Assembly (NCBI GenBank): GCA_013239625.1 | Contig: MU054400.1 | Span: 4,775,802-4,839,801, forward strand | Reading direction: 5' to 3' | DNA length: 64,000 bases | Source of the DNA: Lama guanicoe | Taxonomy: Eukaryota | In this document: positions 60,791 to 64,000 of the stretch, one piece after another | How the letters are laid out: each line of letters begins with the position of its first letter | Numbering within the stretch: the stretch's first letter is position 1 | The notes under the pieces: generated by a model | What the model was told of the DNA's origin: nothing | The model's database searches: none | What the model saw: the letters and a program-made list of their open reading frames with translations, nothing else | Translations under genes and position numbers: made by a program

Positions 60791-62117
60791 GAACTATCCC
60801 AGAACCGGGAGGGAAGGAAGGAAGGGCAAGTGTTCCATAAAGGGGAAAGTTGCTTCCATTTTGGGGAGGTCACACTTTTTTCCTCTCCTCGACTTCTGCT
60901 TTTTAAAGAAGTGAATGTGCCAGGAAAAGCTAAAGTGCCCTCTGGCCATCACCTCTTGCCAGCTTCCTCTCTCTTCTGTCCAGGGCCGACCTCTGTCATG
61001 GTTCTGCGTCCCTGTCTGGATCTTTCCAGACCTTTTTTATATGTACGTGTGTCAAAAATTGACCTCGCAGTCTAATATCATAACATTCTGAGTCTTTTGC
61101 AAAATGTCAAGCCTTCAGAGAAGTTGCAAGAGTGGTTCAATGAATTCTCACACCCTCTTCGTCTCATTTCACCAACTGTTTAAGTTTTGCTACATTTGCT
61201 TCTCTCTCTTTCCTGTTTATCTATTTGCTTTGAAAACATCATGACTTTATAATTTAGCTTATGTCTCCTAAGGAGAAGGACATTCTCCCACATAACCACA
61301 ATATAATTAATTAGCACCTCCTGGAAATACAACATTGATATAGTATTATCATTGAATGTATAGTCCTCATTCAGGTGTTGGCCACTTGTCCCAATTTCTT
61401 TCACAGCTATTTTTATTCCTTTATGTGTCTGGGGATTCAGAATCCAGCCAAAAATAACCCATTGCATTTGGCTGCCATCCCTCTCTCGGTCTTTAATTAC
61501 ACTGACCTTTTATAAGAAAAAGAGTCAAAGGTCGTCTTTTTGAGAGTCTCCCTTTTGACATTGCCAAGCTGGTATTTTTGGCTTTATTTTTTTTTAGAGA
61601 CAAATGATTCATTTAGTAACAAGGAGTAGAAAGGAATTCTTAGTACCTCTTCCCTCTTCTGATGGCTAAACTGAACTGTGGTGATCAAATTGCAGTACAC
61701 ACAGGAATCCTCTCACGGTCCTTGATCTTTTGCAGAAAAGCAAAGATGCCAGAGTCACAGGACTTGGTGACTGTTGTTTTCTAGACAGAAGTGCTGGGTG
61801 CTGTGCTTTCTGATGTGGCAGTGGTCGGGACATTCTCTTTGTCTTCGGGTTTCATGGCAGGAAACAGAAGCGCTTCCTTGATGTTATTGGAGTCTGTGAG
61901 AAACATGGCGATGCAGTCGATGCCCGTGCCCCAGCCACCAGTGGGGGGTAACCTGTACTCCAGGGTGGTGCAGGAGGTTTCATCTGTGAACATGGCCTCA
62001 TCAGCCCCGACAGCTTTGGCCTTGGGCTGTTCATCAAAAAGCTGTTGCTGTTGCATGAGGTCATGCAGTTCGGTGTAGGCATTGCATATCTCCTTTTTCA
62101 TGACAAATAGCTCAAAG

Positions 62118-62742
62118 TGATGCAGGAAAACGGACGTGGGGCATGAGGGGGGCCGAGTCCCAGGTCTCGGTTGTGCCCTGCCAAGTGTGGGTCCTTGGCT
62201 TCGTGCAGGAAAAAATTCAAGTGTGAGCCACCGTTGAGTAAAGGTAGATTTATTTAGAGAGACACACACTGCATAGAGTGTAAGACAAGAGAAAGGCAAG
62301 GAAAAAGGTGTGGGAATTGGGTGCTCGGATTAAAGTAAAAGTAGGTACACACTCCATAGACAGTGCGGGCTGTCTCCAAAGGGGAGAGAGCGTGCCAAGG
62401 GCCACTAGGCGTGGTGTTGTCACTTATTATGGTCTCAGTAGCTTAACAAGCCCCACAGGTGGGATCAATCCAACTGCCCTGGGGAAGGAGCTGGGATTCC
62501 CAGGGACTGGGCCACCACCCGTCCTTTGGCCTTTTGTGGTCAGCCTTGGGGCTGTCACGGTGCCCACGGGCATGTTATTTGATCACACTGTTACAATGAG
62601 CGTATAATGAAGCTCAAGGTCTACTAGAAGTTAAACCTCTTAATCCTTAAGACCCACTAGGAAGTGAATCTTCCACCATTTTGGTGTTAAATTGCTGCCA
62701 TTCCTTGAGTGGCTGTGCCCTGCCCCCTTCCCTCCTGTCTCA
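62118..62742 (-). mobile_element. ERV1-class solo LTR (625 bp) inserted in the KARS1 pseudogene
   Basis: TG...CA termini; 4-bp TSD AAAG at 62114-62117 and 62743-62746; AATAAA on the minus strand near 62250; KARS1 sequence resumes on both sides. Confidence 0.92.
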
Positions 62743-63259
62743 AAAGCATTCAGTTGGACCTCTTTAGAGCATTTGAAGAGGGTTCATTATCTGTGGGTGA
62801 TCACAGATGAATGTAGGATTGACTCATGTCATTTCCAAGAACTCCCCGACAAGCTTATCAAGGAGCCGGGCTGTGGACCAAGGCGGAGGGCATTCACCAG
62901 CTTTTGTTGCACAGATATCATCAAGAATTTTGTGAGTTTCTTCAGTTTCAAAGAGGTTAGTTTCTGGCAGCTCCATCCCCAGGGCTTTCTCAAGCTCTTC
63001 TACCACGCTGATTTTCTGGAAGGATGGGGTGAAGTCAGTTTCATCTGCTTGGCCCTCTGGGCCATCTGGATGGTAGGTGACCTTGTAATTGCCTGTAACG
63101 TGCTTCACCGTCCTTGAAATCATCTCCGTGATTTCCATGAGATCATGAGTCTGCATAGGCCATGTAGAATTCACATTGTGGGTCAGATCAATTCCTTCAT
63201 TACGGAACTGGCATCCAACTTCATAAACCCAGTCAACGCCACCAACCACCAGCATTTTA

Positions 63260-63373
<114 letters not shown>

Positions 63374-63374
63374 C

Positions 63375-63536
63375 NNNNNNNNNNNNNNNNNNNNNNNNNN
63401 NNNNNNNNNNNNNNNNNNNNNNNNNNNNNNNNNNNNNNNNNNNNNNNNNNNNNNNNNNNNNNNNNNNNNNNNNNNNNNNNNNNNNNNNNNNNNNNNNNNN
63501 NNNNNNNNNNNNNNNNNNNNNNNNNNNNNNNNNNNN
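63375..63536. other. N-run (162 nt) inside the KARS1 pseudogene
   Basis: Direct reading. Confidence 1.
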
Positions 63537-64000
63537 GACAGCAGTGTGCTCCCATAGGGAATGATGCTCAGTTCACCCTTCTTGGTTTTCCCACGATTGC
63601 CCTGAATGCCAATTATGTCTCCCCGGCACAGTTTGTTATTTATACAGATAAATTCTTCTTCTGACTTATAATTTCTGGAATTGGCCATGACTTGCAACTT
63701 GACCCCCTCTTCTCGAAGGTCATAGAAAATGAGCTTTCCTACAGAAGCTCTTTTGGCATGGATCCTACCTGCCACCTTTAAGGTGCTGTCAGTCAGGTGG
63801 TCCCCAGGCTGCAGGTGAATATATTCTTGAATAAAGTGAGTGAGCGAGATGTCTTTGTGGAATTTGTGTGGGTATGGGTCTTCCCCATTAACCTTCATTT
63901 TTTGGACTGCTGGGCTGCGGATCTTGTAGTATTGATTTGGGTCCAGGCTCTCCTCCTCTGTACCCACACCATCGTCAGCAGTGTGGCTGGTGGCAGCAGC

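Overview
Mammalian genomic DNA, most likely a camelid, judged from seven copies of a tRNA-Ala(AGC)-like SINE resembling camelid Vic-1. The window lies entirely inside DAPK1 (death-associated protein kinase 1, + strand), from intron 3 to intron 25; exon numbers follow human homology as I recall it. Twenty coding exons (5-10, 12-25) are fully readable with GT-AG boundaries and consistent phases. They cover the kinase C-lobe, CaM-regulatory segment, ankyrin repeats, ROC and COR domains. Exon 4 is almost entirely hidden and exon 11 wholly hidden in N-runs, and the death-domain exon lies beyond the window. Intron 25 holds an antisense processed pseudogene of lysyl-tRNA synthetase (KARS1), split by an ERV1-type solo LTR with a 4-bp TSD. 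The introns carry LTRs, L1/L2/MIR fragments, hAT MITEs and SINEs. The most unusual observation is two diverged ERV-LTR-derived elements (8054-8440 +, 16135-16554 -). They share the same 10-nt 5' end, stop just after the LTR poly(A) signal, and carry A-tails and flanking direct repeats, as if L1 had mobilised a defined LTR transcript like a SINE. Other leads: a candidate poison microexon and an alternative terminal exon in intron 11, intragenic promoter/CTCF signatures, a near-perfect 230-bp tandem duplication, and N-gaps that sit on coding-derived sequence at the expected lengths. Repeat family names come from recalled consensus features, not from a database search.
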